Assembly (NCBI GenBank): GCA_038883655.1
Contig: JAVZLQ010000001.1
Coordinates: forward strand, 327,208-391,207
DNA length: 64,000 nt
Source of the DNA: Candidatus Bathyarchaeia archaeon
Lineage (GTDB): Archaea > Thermoproteota > Bathyarchaeia > Bathyarchaeales > Bathycorpusculaceae
Direction of reading: 5' to 3'
Shown here piece by piece: positions 18,747 to 28,435 of the stretch. Made by a program: the position numbers and the translations under genes. Each line of letters starts with the position of its first letter. Position 1 is the stretch's first letter. The notes under the pieces are model-generated. The model was not told where the DNA came from and searched no databases. It worked only from the letters and a program-made list of their open reading frames with translations.

Positions 18747-20273
18747 GTGGTTAAAATGCAGCTTGACCCCGTAGAAAACGCGTTGTTTTCGGCGACGATA
18801 AACCCGTTGCTTAAGGGCTTAATCAGCCTATTCGATAGGGATTGCCCAGAAGATGGTAGTCTTCTCCTAAACTCTTTGAAGGATTTTATTGGCGAAAAGG
18901 TTTCCTTCTGCCCAACATGCAGCCACATAAGCCGTACAATAGCAAAGCCCGTTTATGAGCTTGGAAGCCGTTTTCTGCGTGTAGACAAGGGGTTCATGCG
19001 GAAACAATTCTTAGACAGTCAGTATGGTGAGGCTTGGTTTAGGGGTTTCGGGTTAATGATGAAGGGCATAGAAAAGTATGGTGTGCAAGTGCCATTCACT
19101 CCGGCTGGACCATTTGAAATTGTCTGGAATTTCACGAGTATATGTAATTTAAGGTGTAAGCACTGTTATGAGGATGCAGGTAAAAAACGCGCTGAACTTT
19201 CAACAGACGAAGCAAAAAAAGTTTTAGATATACTATCAAAAATTGCGGGTATAGGGTTGCCAGCGCTTTCCTTCAGCGGAGGCGAACCTCTCGCAAGAAG
19301 GGACTTCTTTGAACTTGCGGCTTACGCGAAGAAACGCGTAAGTTACGTAAGCATAGCCTCAAACGGAACATTAATCACCAAGGATGCTGCCAAAAAAATC
19401 AAAGATGCTGGAGTGGACTACGTGGAAATAAGCATAGACGGTGCAACCCCGCAGGTGCATGACGAGTTTAGGGGCATATCAGGTGCTTTCGAAAAAGCGA
19501 TGGAAGGTGTGAAAAATGCTATCGAGGAAGGAATAGACACGTGCATTGCAACGGTTCTGCACAGAGATAACTTCAAAGAACTTGACAAACTCATAAACCT
19601 AGCAAAGGAGTTAGATGTGCGTTTCATGCACTTCAACTACATACCAACTGGGAGGGCGAAAGCTTACGTTGAATTGGATTTAACACCAGAGGAGCGCCTT
19701 CACGTTTTAGAGGCAATAGGCAAAGAAATAATAAACCTGTACCTGCAAGCAAAAGAAGAAGAGCGCAAGTACGGAAAGTCAAGCGTTAAGGTTGACCGCT
19801 TCTTCAGCACATGCCCGCAATACGCAAGTGTAACAAAGGGGCTCTCGCAAAAGGCTGGCGAAAAATTCCTTGTTGAGGCACACTATGCAGCGAAAAAGGG
19901 TGTGGAAAACGTCGCAAACTTTTTGGGCGGTTGCGGTGCCGGACGATTATATTGTTGTTTGGAGCCTAACGGTGACGTTAAGCCATGCGTGTTCTTCCCA
20001 ACAAACAAAGAAACAGTTTTGGGCAATGTATTAAGGGATAACTTCGAAGAAATCTGGGATAAACACCCGCTTTTATGGGACTTACGTGTAAGAGAGAGGC
20101 TTGAAGATTACATGGTGAACGGAAAAAGAGTTGGATGCGGAAACTGTCCAGACAAGTATATTTGCGGAGGTTGCCGAGCAAGAGCCTACAGCTACTTCAA
20201 TGGAAACGTAAGGGCGCCAGATGTAGGGTGCATCCACAATAAGCCCTTATGGGAAAAAATAGTTAAGAGATAA
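18747..20273 (+). CDS. Radical SAM/SPASM protein, candidate GMGT synthase (Gms-like)
   Basis: CNLRCKHC, SGGEP, SPASM CGAG...PC...CGNC...CGGCRARA...GC; N-terminal CPTC extension. Confidence 0.8.
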   Translation: MVKMQLDPVENALFSATINPLLKGLISLFDRDCPEDGSLLLNSLKDFIGEKVSFCPTCSHISRTIAKPVYELGSRFLRVDKGFMRKQFLDSQYGEAWFRGFGLMMKGIEKYGVQVPFTPAGPFEIVWNFTSICNLRCKHCYEDAGKKRAELSTDEAKKVLDILSKIAGIGLPALSFSGGEPLARRDFFELAAYAKKRVSYVSIASNGTLITKDAAKKIKDAGVDYVEISIDGATPQVHDEFRGISGAFEKAMEGVKNAIEEGIDTCIATVLHRDNFKELDKLINLAKELDVRFMHFNYIPTGRAKAYVELDLTPEERLHVLEAIGKEIINLYLQAKEEERKYGKSSVKVDRFFSTCPQYASVTKGLSQKAGEKFLVEAHYAAKKGVENVANFLGGCGAGRLYCCLEPNGDVKPCVFFPTNKETVLGNVLRDNFEEIWDKHPLLWDLRVRERLEDYMVNGKRVGCGNCPDKYICGGCRARAYSYFNGNVRAPDVGCIHNKPLWEKIVKR

Positions 20274-20283
20274 ACGAATGCGC

Positions 20284-20481
20284 CTAGGCTTTTCCTTTCT
20301 CTTCCTTTCCAAAGTATGTTGTCCACTTAAGTTTTCGTGCATCTCTTTTAAGTTTAAGGGAGCTTTTTCTACACTTGCTCGAGCAGAACCAAAATATCGT
20401 CCCGTCGTTTTTAACGTACATTAACCCAGTGCCCGCTGGAAACTCGCCGCCGCAAAAAGAGCATTTCCTCGGTCTAGGCAA
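20284..20481 (-). CDS. rpl24e: 50S ribosomal protein L24e
   Basis: CSFCG..FPAGTG.MYV..DG....FCSSKC, LKWT. Confidence 0.97.
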   Translation of the reverse strand: MPRPRKCSFCGGEFPAGTGLMYVKNDGTIFWFCSSKCRKSSLKLKRDARKLKWTTYFGKEEKGKA

Positions 20482-20511
20482 CGTCGATCACTCCTTCAAT
20501 TCTAGCATTTT

Positions 20512-20742
20512 CTACCTTGTTATCTTCTTTGCCTCTCTTTCAGTTTCTCTAAGCATCAGTATATCTTGAACCCTCACTGGACCCTTAACATTACGTGTTA
20601 TGATTCGTCCCTTATCCTTCCCCTCTAGGATGCGCACCCTCACCTGTGTGATTTCGCCGGTAACGCCCGTACGTCCAATAACTTGAATTACCTCTGCTGG
20701 GGTAAGTTCTTCCTCAACAGTCTTCTTCTCTTCCTTGCTCAT
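20512..20742 (-). CDS. rps28e: 30S ribosomal protein S28e
   Basis: [20 protein letters not shown]...[18 protein letters not shown]. Confidence 0.97.
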   Translation of the reverse strand: MSKEEKKTVEEELTPAEVIQVIGRTGVTGEITQVRVRILEGKDKGRIITRNVKGPVRVQDILMLRETEREAKKITR

Positions 20743-21122
20743 TGTGTTGTTCCTCTTTTAAGCTGCTCCACCTTGGCAATTATTTCCTTGACAAGTCCGG
20801 CGGCGTCTCCTTCCCTTATGATGCAAGCAGAGGCAGCGGATACGTCGATGCCAACGGCATCGCCGAGCTTTTCTTTGCTTGGAACGTAGACATATGGAAT
20901 TTTTCTCTCCTCACATAGCAACGGCAAATGCGCCACAACCTCTGGCGGATCAACATCCTCAGCTATCACTACAAGTTTAGCTTGAGCCCTTTCTATCGCT
21001 TTTGTGGTTTCGTTTGTGCCTTTCCTAACAGCCCCTGTTTTTGCAGCTATTTGAAGGGCTTCATAGGCTGCATCTGCAAGTTCTTTTGGAACTTCGAACT
21101 TAACATAAAACGGTTTTGACAT
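20739..21122 (-). CDS. rpl7ae: 50S ribosomal protein L7Ae (start corrected to MSKPFYVKF)
   Basis: [33 protein letters not shown]. Confidence 0.97.
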   Translation of the reverse strand: MSKPFYVKFEVPKELADAAYEALQIAAKTGAVRKGTNETTKAIERAQAKLVVIAEDVDPPEVVAHLPLLCEERKIPYVYVPSKEKLGDAVGIDVSAASACIIREGDAAGLVKEIIAKVEQLKRGTTQ

Positions 21123-21421
21123 GAGCCTCACCCAAATGCACAGTCTTATCAACAATTCTCATTTATTTAAGTTTCGTCTAATAAAGAGAAAACACACGTT
21201 AACTAGGTAAGTTGTGACCATAAGATGAATTTACAAAGGGCGGTTTTAACACAATTGTATAAAAGACGAAAAACGTTGAATGGCAGCAATCGTTTAAACT
21301 TGCTTATAAACTAGTTTCCACAAAATTGCATCTTGGAAAGTCATTCACAAAATAATGTAGAAATGTTTAAATAAAATGATTCGTTGAAACCTCTCACTTT
21401 TCGTGAGGGGAAAATGAAAGC

Positions 21422-21679
21422 TTGCAGAGATTAGGCAGAGTCCTCCACGCAACTCCAAGCCGTAACATCGTTGTAAAGGTTGAAAATGTTCCAAAAATTG
21501 GAGAAAAAGTTGTTGATGAAAATATGAAGCCAATAGGAAATGTTTTTGACATAATAGGGCCCATACGCGCGCCCTACGCAATAATAAAGCCAACTATTAA
21601 AGAAGTAAAAGACCTTGTAAGCAAAACGTTGTACACGCTTCCCCTCGAGAGGAGAAGGGAGAAGATGAAAAATGAGTGA
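21422..21679 (+). CDS. gar1: H/ACA RNP protein Gar1/Naf1
   Basis: RLGRVLH, PKIG..V.D, IG.VFDIIGP..PY motifs; conserved position upstream of tfb. Confidence 0.88.
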   Translation: MQRLGRVLHATPSRNIVVKVENVPKIGEKVVDENMKPIGNVFDIIGPIRAPYAIIKPTIKEVKDLVSKTLYTLPLERRREKMKNE

Positions 21680-22646
21680 CGATTTAGAAGGATCTGTGGG
21701 GGCAGATTCTCCATCACCAACATCCGCACTTGAACATGCAAAAATTCAACGCTGCCCAGAATGCGGCAGCACAAGGCTCATGCGAGATTACGAGTGCGCA
21801 GAAATAGTTTGTATGGACTGCGGCGTGGTTATCGCCGCAAAAATAGCCGATAGGGGCCCAGAGTGGAGGGCATTTGACGACGAGCAGAGAAGCAAAAGAA
21901 CGAGGGTTGGCGCACCATTAACCTACACGATTCATGATAAGGGCCTTTCAACAATGATTGATTGGCATGACAGGGACATTTACGGAAAAAGTCTATCTCC
22001 TGGACAAAAAGCGCAGGTTTACCGCCTAAGAAAGTGGCAGCGCCGCATAAGAGTTTCAGATGCAACGGAGCGAAACCTTGCTTTTGCGTTGTCTGAAATA
22101 ACGAAAATTGCCAACAACTTAAGCTTGCCAAAAAACATTCTTGAAACGGCGTCTGTCATTTATAGAAAAGCCGTGAAAGAGAGGCTAATCCGCGGAAGAT
22201 CTATTCAAGGCGTAACAGCCGCGGCGATTTATTTGGCTTGTAGGCAGTGCGGATTAGCGAGAACGCTGGAGGAAATAGCTCAAGCTTCAAGCGTTAACAA
22301 GAAGGAGGTTGGACGCAGTTACCGCTTCTTAATAAAGGAATTGGAGTATTCTATTCCGCCCTTGAAGCCAAGCCAATACATCACTAAATTTTCAAATCAG
22401 CTGACAATGCAGGGAAAAGTTGAAGAAATTGCTCACAAAATATTAGCGGCGGCAAAAGAGCTTAAGCTAACTTCTGGGCGTGGTCCAACAGGAATAGCGG
22501 CTGCAGCCAGCTACATAGCTTCTGTCTTGACTGGTGAGAGGAAGACTCAAAGGGAAATTGCCGAAATTGCGCAGGTAACAGAGGTTACTATTCGAAATAG
22601 GTATAAAGAACTAGTTGAGAGACTAATGTTTCAAATAAGCATCTAA
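21672..22646 (+). CDS. tfb: Transcription initiation factor IIB
   Basis: Zn ribbon CPECG..CMDCG, GPEWRAF, two cyclin repeats, [13 protein letters not shown]. Confidence 0.98.
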   Translation: MSDDLEGSVGADSPSPTSALEHAKIQRCPECGSTRLMRDYECAEIVCMDCGVVIAAKIADRGPEWRAFDDEQRSKRTRVGAPLTYTIHDKGLSTMIDWHDRDIYGKSLSPGQKAQVYRLRKWQRRIRVSDATERNLAFALSEITKIANNLSLPKNILETASVIYRKAVKERLIRGRSIQGVTAAAIYLACRQCGLARTLEEIAQASSVNKKEVGRSYRFLIKELEYSIPPLKPSQYITKFSNQLTMQGKVEEIAHKILAAAKELKLTSGRGPTGIAAAASYIASVLTGERKTQREIAEIAQVTEVTIRNRYKELVERLMFQISI

Positions 22647-22689
22647 TGTGAAGCATCACTTCCCCATTTATTTTTCTGTTTTGAAATTT

Positions 22690-23001
22690 CTATAGTAGTT
22701 CCTCTTCCTCGTCGCAGCTTTGACATTCTTCTTGTTTTTCTTCTTCAAGAAGGGTCGATGCCACTTCACGGAATTCTTGAAGAAACTCTCTTGGAATTTT
22801 ACTCTTCAAAGTTTTAACTTCTCCCTTCAACTTGTCAACTTCGCTTTCCAAACTCTTCGCCTTCTCACTTAGCTCCACGACCTCTTTGAGCTGTTTAACC
22901 TCCTCTAAAAGCATAGCCTTCTCCTTCTCGAGGGCTCTAATTTTTTCTTCAAGTTTACTTTTCATCTCGCCGACGTGCATAATTTCGCACACCCAAACCA
23001 T
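22690..23001 (-). CDS. Coiled-coil protein with acidic CxxC tail (likely start 22965)
   Basis: Heptad repeat LEEKIRALEKEKAMLLEEV...LESEV; tail EEEKQEECQSCDEEEELL. Confidence 0.75.
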   Translation of the reverse strand: MVWVCEIMHVGEMKSKLEEKIRALEKEKAMLLEEVKQLKEVVELSEKAKSLESEVDKLKGEVKTLKSKIPREFLQEFREVASTLLEEEKQEECQSCDEEEELL

Positions 23002-23101
23002 CTATCTTAGCTAGTGGAATTAATAATTTACCACACTGTAAAAGTTTCAAAACACATTTTAGACAAAAGCTAATTATTTTACTTAGGAGGAGGGAAGTTG
23101 C

Positions 23102-23533
23102 TTGGTTAAATGTTCAAAGTGCGGAGCAGAAGTACCGTACCCTGTTAAAACCTGGCCCATTCCTTCCAGAAAACCATCGGGAAAAGCTGGAGAATCAAAA
23201 ATTTCTGTAGGGATATTTGATTGCCCAAAATGTGGGGCTAGGTTTAGAGCAGCTTTAGAAGCTGAAACCAGGCTTGAAGAGACAGTAAGTATTAAAAACA
23301 TGGTGGAGAGAATTAAAGGGATAAGGGAAGAGCTTATGCAGACTCTGAAGAACCTGCGTGAGAAAATTAAGACTTTGGAAACTGAAAGGGCAAACTTGAT
23401 GATTGAAATTGAAAAGTTAAGGAAAGCTGCTGAGTCGAAGGCAAGCGCGTTGGAAAGCGAAGTGAACATGCTGCGAGAAGAGGTGCGCTCTTTAAGAGAA
23501 CTTCTGGGATACGTGGAAGAAAAAGAGAAATAA
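23102..23533 (+). CDS. Cren7-like zinc-ribbon domain fused to a long coiled coil
   Basis: KCSKCG...P.KTW.....VGIFDCPKCGARFR resembles the Cren7 pattern (P.K.W ... IGLF.DP..GKYFR); strong GGAGGAGGG SD. Confidence 0.7.
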   Translation: MVKCSKCGAEVPYPVKTWPIPSRKPSGKAGESKISVGIFDCPKCGARFRAALEAETRLEETVSIKNMVERIKGIREELMQTLKNLREKIKTLETERANLMIEIEKLRKAAESKASALESEVNMLREEVRSLRELLGYVEEKEK

Positions 23534-23540
23534 TGATAGA

Positions 23541-23927
23541 CTATTCCTTTAAAAATCTTTTATAATATTCTTGAGCTATTGCTACCGCTTTTTCTGGATT
23601 CTTCAATATTGGATAAGAAACTCCTGAGATCTTTTGGCATTCGCTAAAATATTCAACAACCTTTTTTACATTGCCTTCATAGATTGCTAAACCACCAGCA
23701 ATTCTATACCACAAATTAGCCTTAACGAGGTCTTTCTCTTTCTCAGCTTTCTTCGCGTTTTCAGCAGCCTCCTTCATCGTAACCCCGAGTTTTTTTGGGT
23801 TAAGGTACATCGTGTTCAGCAGGGCTTCATAAGCTTCTTTGTCATCTCCGCAAAGTTGTTCAAGCTCCGTTAACTGCCTCGGTTTCTCACTGCTCTTTTT
23901 CTTTCTGAACCTGTCGAGCAAACCCAA
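23541..23927 (-). CDS. Hypothetical helical protein with N-terminal amphipathic basic helix
   Basis: MGLLDRFRKKK N-terminus; AGGAGG SD; all-alpha composition. Confidence 0.7.
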   Translation of the reverse strand: MGLLDRFRKKKSSEKPRQLTELEQLCGDDKEAYEALLNTMYLNPKKLGVTMKEAAENAKKAEKEKDLVKANLWYRIAGGLAIYEGNVKKVVEYFSECQKISGVSYPILKNPEKAVAIAQEYYKRFLKE

Positions 23928-24005
23928 AGTTAAGCCTCCTTAGACAGCCTCGATTTGGATTAAGATAAAAGGTAGTTAACTTTAAAAGTTTGTCCCTTCT
24001 CTTCA

Positions 24006-24626
24006 TTGATTATGCCATATAAGTTCACGTTTGACCTTTCGACTATTCCACGCTTGTTTTTCAGCGAAATAGCTAAGATTAGTTATCGGAAAAGCTTACA
24101 TAAAAAAGTCGGGAAAACAATGCTTGAGATAATAGAGAAGTTTAAGCTTCAAGAGGCAACTGGTCTTAACCTGTCTGAAATTGTTGTTCTCCTACAGGAT
24201 ATTGTCGAGATTCAAGCGAGAAACCTTTCTGAAAGGGAGAAGTTTGTGCAAACGCGTAGGAGAGCCCTATTCTTGCCGCACTGCTCAAGGAAATACATGG
24301 ATGGTAGGTGCAAGGCAATCTTTAATCCAGACTTACCAACCTATGTTTGTGCGCGTTGTTCTCCGGACTGCCTAATAAACAAAACTGTAACCTTCGCCGA
24401 AAAAAAGGGCTACGACGTCTACATATTGCCCGGGGGCTCATGTGTCGCTAAAATTTTAGGCTCTAAACGTTATGATGGTGTTGTTGGAGTTGCATGCGGT
24501 GAGGAAATCAAAATTAGTGGCGAGGCATTGAAGAATTTGGGTATTGCTGGACAAGCTGTGCCTTTAATAAAGAATGGATGTGCAAACACGGTTTTCAACA
24601 TCGAAACTTTGTTTAAAATTCTTTAG
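24006..24626 (+). CDS. DUF116-domain protein
   Basis: LFLPHCSR, C..C...C, YI.PGGS, GVAC..E and PL...GC motifs. Confidence 0.8.
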   Translation: MIMPYKFTFDLSTIPRLFFSEIAKISYRKSLHKKVGKTMLEIIEKFKLQEATGLNLSEIVVLLQDIVEIQARNLSEREKFVQTRRRALFLPHCSRKYMDGRCKAIFNPDLPTYVCARCSPDCLINKTVTFAEKKGYDVYILPGGSCVAKILGSKRYDGVVGVACGEEIKISGEALKNLGIAGQAVPLIKNGCANTVFNIETLFKIL

Positions 24627-24637
24627 GGCGCCCTAAT

Positions 24638-24799
24638 TTACTTTATGATTTCTCTTTTCTTCCAACGTAGGTTTTTGCTTCGGCAACGTCTACACTTGAC
24701 AGCGCTTTCCGCGTTTCTTGCACCACATTCCCTGCATATCTTCATGTAAAGCCTATGCTTTTGGGCAAGTGTCTTTTTGAATGGATCCATTATCGGCAT
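24638..24799 (-). CDS. rpl40e: 50S ribosomal protein L40e (absent from ORF track)
   Basis: Manual translation MPIMDPFKKTLAQKHRLYMKICRECGARNAESAVKCRRCRSKNLRWKKREIIK (53 aa). Confidence 0.95.
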   Translation of the reverse strand: MPIMDPFKKTLAQKHRLYMKICRECGARNAESAVKCRRCRSKNLRWKKREIIK

Positions 24800-24864
24800 C
24801 TTATTTACCTCTCATGCAGCTATGACTCAGATGCCTAACAGTCAAATATACTTTACGCGTTGAG

Positions 24865-25728
24865 TTATTGGCTGATAAGTTTGGCTACGTCGCCTGGTTT
24901 TTCGGCAACTTTTATTCCCGCCATCTTAAGCGCTTCAATCTTGTTTTCTGCCGTTCCAGCTTTGCCCATTATTATCGCGCCAGCATGTCCCATGCGCTTT
25001 CCAGGTGGGGCGGAGCGTCCAGCTATGTACGCCACTATTGGTTTTGGATAGTTCGTCTTTGCCACGTAATCAGCCGCTAACTCTTCAAGGTTTCCGCCTA
25101 TCTCGCCTATCAAAACAACAGCCTTTGTCTGCTCATCCTTCTCGAACATCCTCAGAACTTCGATGAAGTTTAATCCCGTTATTGGGTCTCCGCCTATACC
25201 TAGGCATGTGGATTGCCCAAGATTCTTTGCGGTTAAGCCTGCCGCTATTTCATATGTAAGTGTTCCGCTTCTTGAGACTATTCCGATCTTCCCCGGCTTG
25301 AAAATATGCGATGGCATTATCCCAAGTTTGCTCTCTTCGGGGGTTATTATACCGGGCGTGTTTGGTCCAATTATTGTGGCGTTTAGCTGTCTTGCGCGTG
25401 CCATCATGTTGATTGCATCTTTTATTGGGATGTGCTCGGTTATTATCACCACTGTTCTTATTTCATTTTCTAGAGCTTCCAGAACAGCGTCCACCGCGAA
25501 TGGCGCTGGCACAAAGATTATGGCTGCGTTTGCATTATGTTTTTGCTGAGCTTCTTCTCCGCTGTCATATACAGGAACGCCGTGTACTGTTGCTCCGCCT
25601 TTACCCGGGGTAACTCCTGCAACGATTTTTGTTCCGTATTCTAGCATCAGTTTTGTGTGAAAGCTTCCTTGTGCTCCGGTTATTCCCCAAACAATTGCTC
25701 TTGTATTTTTTCCGATTATTATGCCCAT
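24865..25728 (-). CDS. sucD: Succinyl-CoA synthetase alpha subunit (start corrected to MGIIIG)
   Basis: [29 protein letters not shown] and RMGHAGA (phospho-His) motifs. Confidence 0.95.
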   Translation of the reverse strand: MGIIIGKNTRAIVWGITGAQGSFHTKLMLEYGTKIVAGVTPGKGGATVHGVPVYDSGEEAQQKHNANAAIIFVPAPFAVDAVLEALENEIRTVVIITEHIPIKDAINMMARARQLNATIIGPNTPGIITPEESKLGIMPSHIFKPGKIGIVSRSGTLTYEIAAGLTAKNLGQSTCLGIGGDPITGLNFIEVLRMFEKDEQTKAVVLIGEIGGNLEELAADYVAKTNYPKPIVAYIAGRSAPPGKRMGHAGAIIMGKAGTAENKIEALKMAGIKVAEKPGDVAKLISQ

Positions 25729-25729
25729 G

Positions 25730-26878
25730 TTATTTTCCTCCACCTTTGACGATTTCAACCGCCCTTTGTGCGGCTTTTTCCATGCTTTCAAGTACGTCTA
25801 TTCCTGCTTCTGTGAGGATTTTTCTGCCCTCTTCTTCGTTTGTGCCAACAAGCCTAATAACCATGGGTTTTGTAACGCCAACCCTTTCTTTTGCTTCTAG
25901 TATTCCCTTTGCAACGTCGTCGCAACGTGTGATCCCGCCGAGGATGTTTATGAAAAGTGCTTTGACATTTTTGTCTGATAAGACTATTTGTAGAGCCGCA
26001 GCGATTTTTTCTGGTGGTGCTCCGCCGCCAACGTCTAGAAAGTTTGCTGGTTTCCCTCCGTAGACTTGTATCGTGTCCAATGTTGCCATTACTAAGCCAG
26101 CGCCGTTTCCTATTACGCCTATATCGCCGTCCAGTTTAACGTATGCCAAATCGTTTTTCATAGCCTCGATTTCCTGTGGTGTTAGTTCGCCCTCGTCCTC
26201 CATAAGCCTCTTTTTGTATTCTGGGTGGCGGAACAACGCATTATCATCTATTATGATTCTTGCGTCTGCCGCAACAAATTTTCCATCAACAGTCTCGATA
26301 AGAGGGTTCATTTCGATTAGTTCTGCGTCGTAATCCATTCCTATGCGGTATAGTCTTTCGAAGATTCTGCCAAGTTCTGGAAGTGCACTGCCGCTGTAGC
26401 CTATCTTTTTTGCGATTTGGCGGGCTTGGAAGGGATAGAAGCCATGTATTGGGTCTATTGGAAATTTTATGACTTTTTCTGGTGATTTTTGGGCAACTTC
26501 TTCTATTTCCATTCCGCCGACGGCAGATGCTATTGCAACATAGCTTCGAGCAAAACGGTCTATTGTTATTCCGAAGTAAAGTTCCCTTTTCGTTTGGATT
26601 TTTTCCTCAATCCAAACGCTTCTGACTGGTATACCCTTTACCTGCATGCCTAAAAGTTTCTCCGCCGCCTTTTCCGCCTCTTCTATAGAAGAGGCGAATA
26701 ATATTCCGCCAGCTTTTCCTCTTCCAGCGATTAGAACTTGCGCTTTAATGGCGAGTGGTGGTTTTAGTTTGGATGCTACTTCGCGGGCTTGGTTTACGTT
26801 TGTTGCTAATCCGCCTTGCGGTGTTGGTATTCCATATTTTGCGAGTATGGTTTTTGCTTCATATTCGAAGAGTTTCAT
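25730..26878 (-). CDS. sucC: Succinyl-CoA synthetase beta subunit
   Basis: MKLFEYEAK, KAQV..GRGKAGG, GNGAGLVMATLD, ANFLDVGGG and NILGGITRCD motifs. Confidence 0.95.
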   Translation of the reverse strand: MKLFEYEAKTILAKYGIPTPQGGLATNVNQAREVASKLKPPLAIKAQVLIAGRGKAGGILFASSIEEAEKAAEKLLGMQVKGIPVRSVWIEEKIQTKRELYFGITIDRFARSYVAIASAVGGMEIEEVAQKSPEKVIKFPIDPIHGFYPFQARQIAKKIGYSGSALPELGRIFERLYRIGMDYDAELIEMNPLIETVDGKFVAADARIIIDDNALFRHPEYKKRLMEDEGELTPQEIEAMKNDLAYVKLDGDIGVIGNGAGLVMATLDTIQVYGGKPANFLDVGGGAPPEKIAAALQIVLSDKNVKALFINILGGITRCDDVAKGILEAKERVGVTKPMVIRLVGTNEEEGRKILTEAGIDVLESMEKAAQRAVEIVKGGGK

Positions 26879-26890
26879 TGCACTGAACCC

Positions 26891-27394
26891 TCACTTTATT
26901 ACTTCTATTGTAACGTATGATTTTGTGTCTTGTATGCCGTCGATGGCAGATAACTTTTTCAATACTTCGTCGAGTTTTTCTCCATCAACTATTAGAAGGG
27001 CGTCGACATCGCCAGCTATCCTGAAGGCTCTTTGAACAGCTAACTCCTTAACTTTCTCGTAGGCAAGTGTTCTTTTGTGAGGCAGCACTTTAAGGAATAC
27101 GAAGGCTGGGTTGACTGACAAGCCAAGCGCGTTTAGTCCCTTTTCTGTTATGTCTATGAAGCCTCTTCCAGTGCGAATATAGTTTAGGTCTCTTAGCTTT
27201 CTTAAATGTACGTTCAATGCTTGTCTGCTTATGCCTATCTGCTTTGCTAATGCTTCTTGTTTTACGGAAAGCGTATAAATGCTTGTGGCTCTACCCTTTT
27301 CATAAATTATCTTTAACAATTGTAGCGAGCGTCTTGTAAGCGTCTCCAATAACTTCCCTCTACCTTTGTTAATAAAACTTTTACAATAGTGCAC
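26891..27394 (-). CDS. wHTH + AsnC/Lrp-like ligand-binding regulator
   Basis: QEALAKQIGISRQALNVHLRKL HTH; C-terminal IAGDVD...GIQDTKSYV RAM-like domain; directly upstream of sucCD. Confidence 0.75.
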   Translation of the reverse strand: MHYCKSFINKGRGKLLETLTRRSLQLLKIIYEKGRATSIYTLSVKQEALAKQIGISRQALNVHLRKLRDLNYIRTGRGFIDITEKGLNALGLSVNPAFVFLKVLPHKRTLAYEKVKELAVQRAFRIAGDVDALLIVDGEKLDEVLKKLSAIDGIQDTKSYVTIEVIK

Positions 27395-27554
27395 TTATTT
27401 AAGAATTTAGCAAGAGCAAGAGCCAATTAAACGTTTACCTTTAAACCGTTAGTTCTATTTCAGATAGAAGATAGTACCGTAATGTATTTATTTAACGGTA
27501 AAAATGGTTATGAAGCCATAGAAAAAGTGAAAACTAGGAGTGAGGCGGTACAAA

Positions 27555-27833
27555 ATGTCAGAGAGCAACTCAGTACTCGTCGGGAATAAGCCAGTAATGA
27601 ACTATGTACTGGCTTGCATAACCCTCTTTCACGGCGGAGCGAAAGAAGTAAATGTGAAGGCAAGAGGGCGATCCATAAGCCGTGCAGTCGACGTCGTTGA
27701 AGTTGTGAGGCGCAGGTTCCTGCCAGATGTTAAGATCAAGAAAGTTGGCATTGGAACTCAGTCAATGGCACCCAGAGAAGAGGGTGGCACGCCAACAAAC
27801 GTCAGCACGATCGAGATAACTCTTGAGCGATAG
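27555..27833 (+). CDS. albA: Chromatin protein Alba
   Basis: [40 protein letters not shown]. Confidence 0.96.
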   Translation: MSESNSVLVGNKPVMNYVLACITLFHGGAKEVNVKARGRSISRAVDVVEVVRRRFLPDVKIKKVGIGTQSMAPREEGGTPTNVSTIEITLER

Positions 27834-27883
27834 AACAGCGTATTTCGGTACGCTTTCAATGCTCCGCCGCCCCTCCTTTATTT

Positions 27884-28417
27884 GTGTGGAGGGCGCTTTT
27901 CAAGGTGAAAACAGCGTTATGTAGTTTCTGCCTTAAGAGTGGGATACTGTGTCCAAAGTGTTCAGCTAGGGTTAAGTCTGGAGAAGTAACCGAGCTTGAT
28001 TTGAAAGTTGCCCGTTTACTTTTACCCTTAGAAGAAAAGTATCCTTCCCTTCAAAACGTGTATTTTCACGGGGCAGTTGAAGCCGATAACACCTTAGCGA
28101 TTATTGTTGGACCCGGTGATGTTGCGCGCATTTTGGGTTATGGCGGCAAAATCATTAAGGCTTTAAGCGAGGAAACCGGCAAAAACATCCGCATTTTGGA
28201 GTATGGTGTTGATAATAGAAAGTTTTTGGAGGATTTATTTGCCCCATTAAGCATAGTTACCATCAACACTATTTGGTTGCCTGATGGCACAACTGAGACG
28301 CGTGTTATTCTGCGGAAACGGAGACGCGATTCACGCTTGCCATTTAATGTAAAGGCTTTAAAGGAAATTGCACGTAAAGTTCGCAATATAACATTGCGTG
28401 TTGAGTTTGCAGATTAA
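27884..28417 (+). CDS. NusA-like KH-domain protein with N-terminal Zn finger
   Basis: CSFCLKSGILCPKC; KH motif ILGYGGKIIKAL. Confidence 0.75.
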   Translation: MWRALFKVKTALCSFCLKSGILCPKCSARVKSGEVTELDLKVARLLLPLEEKYPSLQNVYFHGAVEADNTLAIIVGPGDVARILGYGGKIIKALSEETGKNIRILEYGVDNRKFLEDLFAPLSIVTINTIWLPDGTTETRVILRKRRRDSRLPFNVKALKEIARKVRNITLRVEFAD

Positions 28418-28435
28418 AGCGTATGGTGAGCAACT

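Noticed and set aside
20284-21122. rpl7ae-rps28e-rpl24e not followed by ndk/infB
   Set aside because: A simple synteny break, common among archaea, with no sign of an insertion
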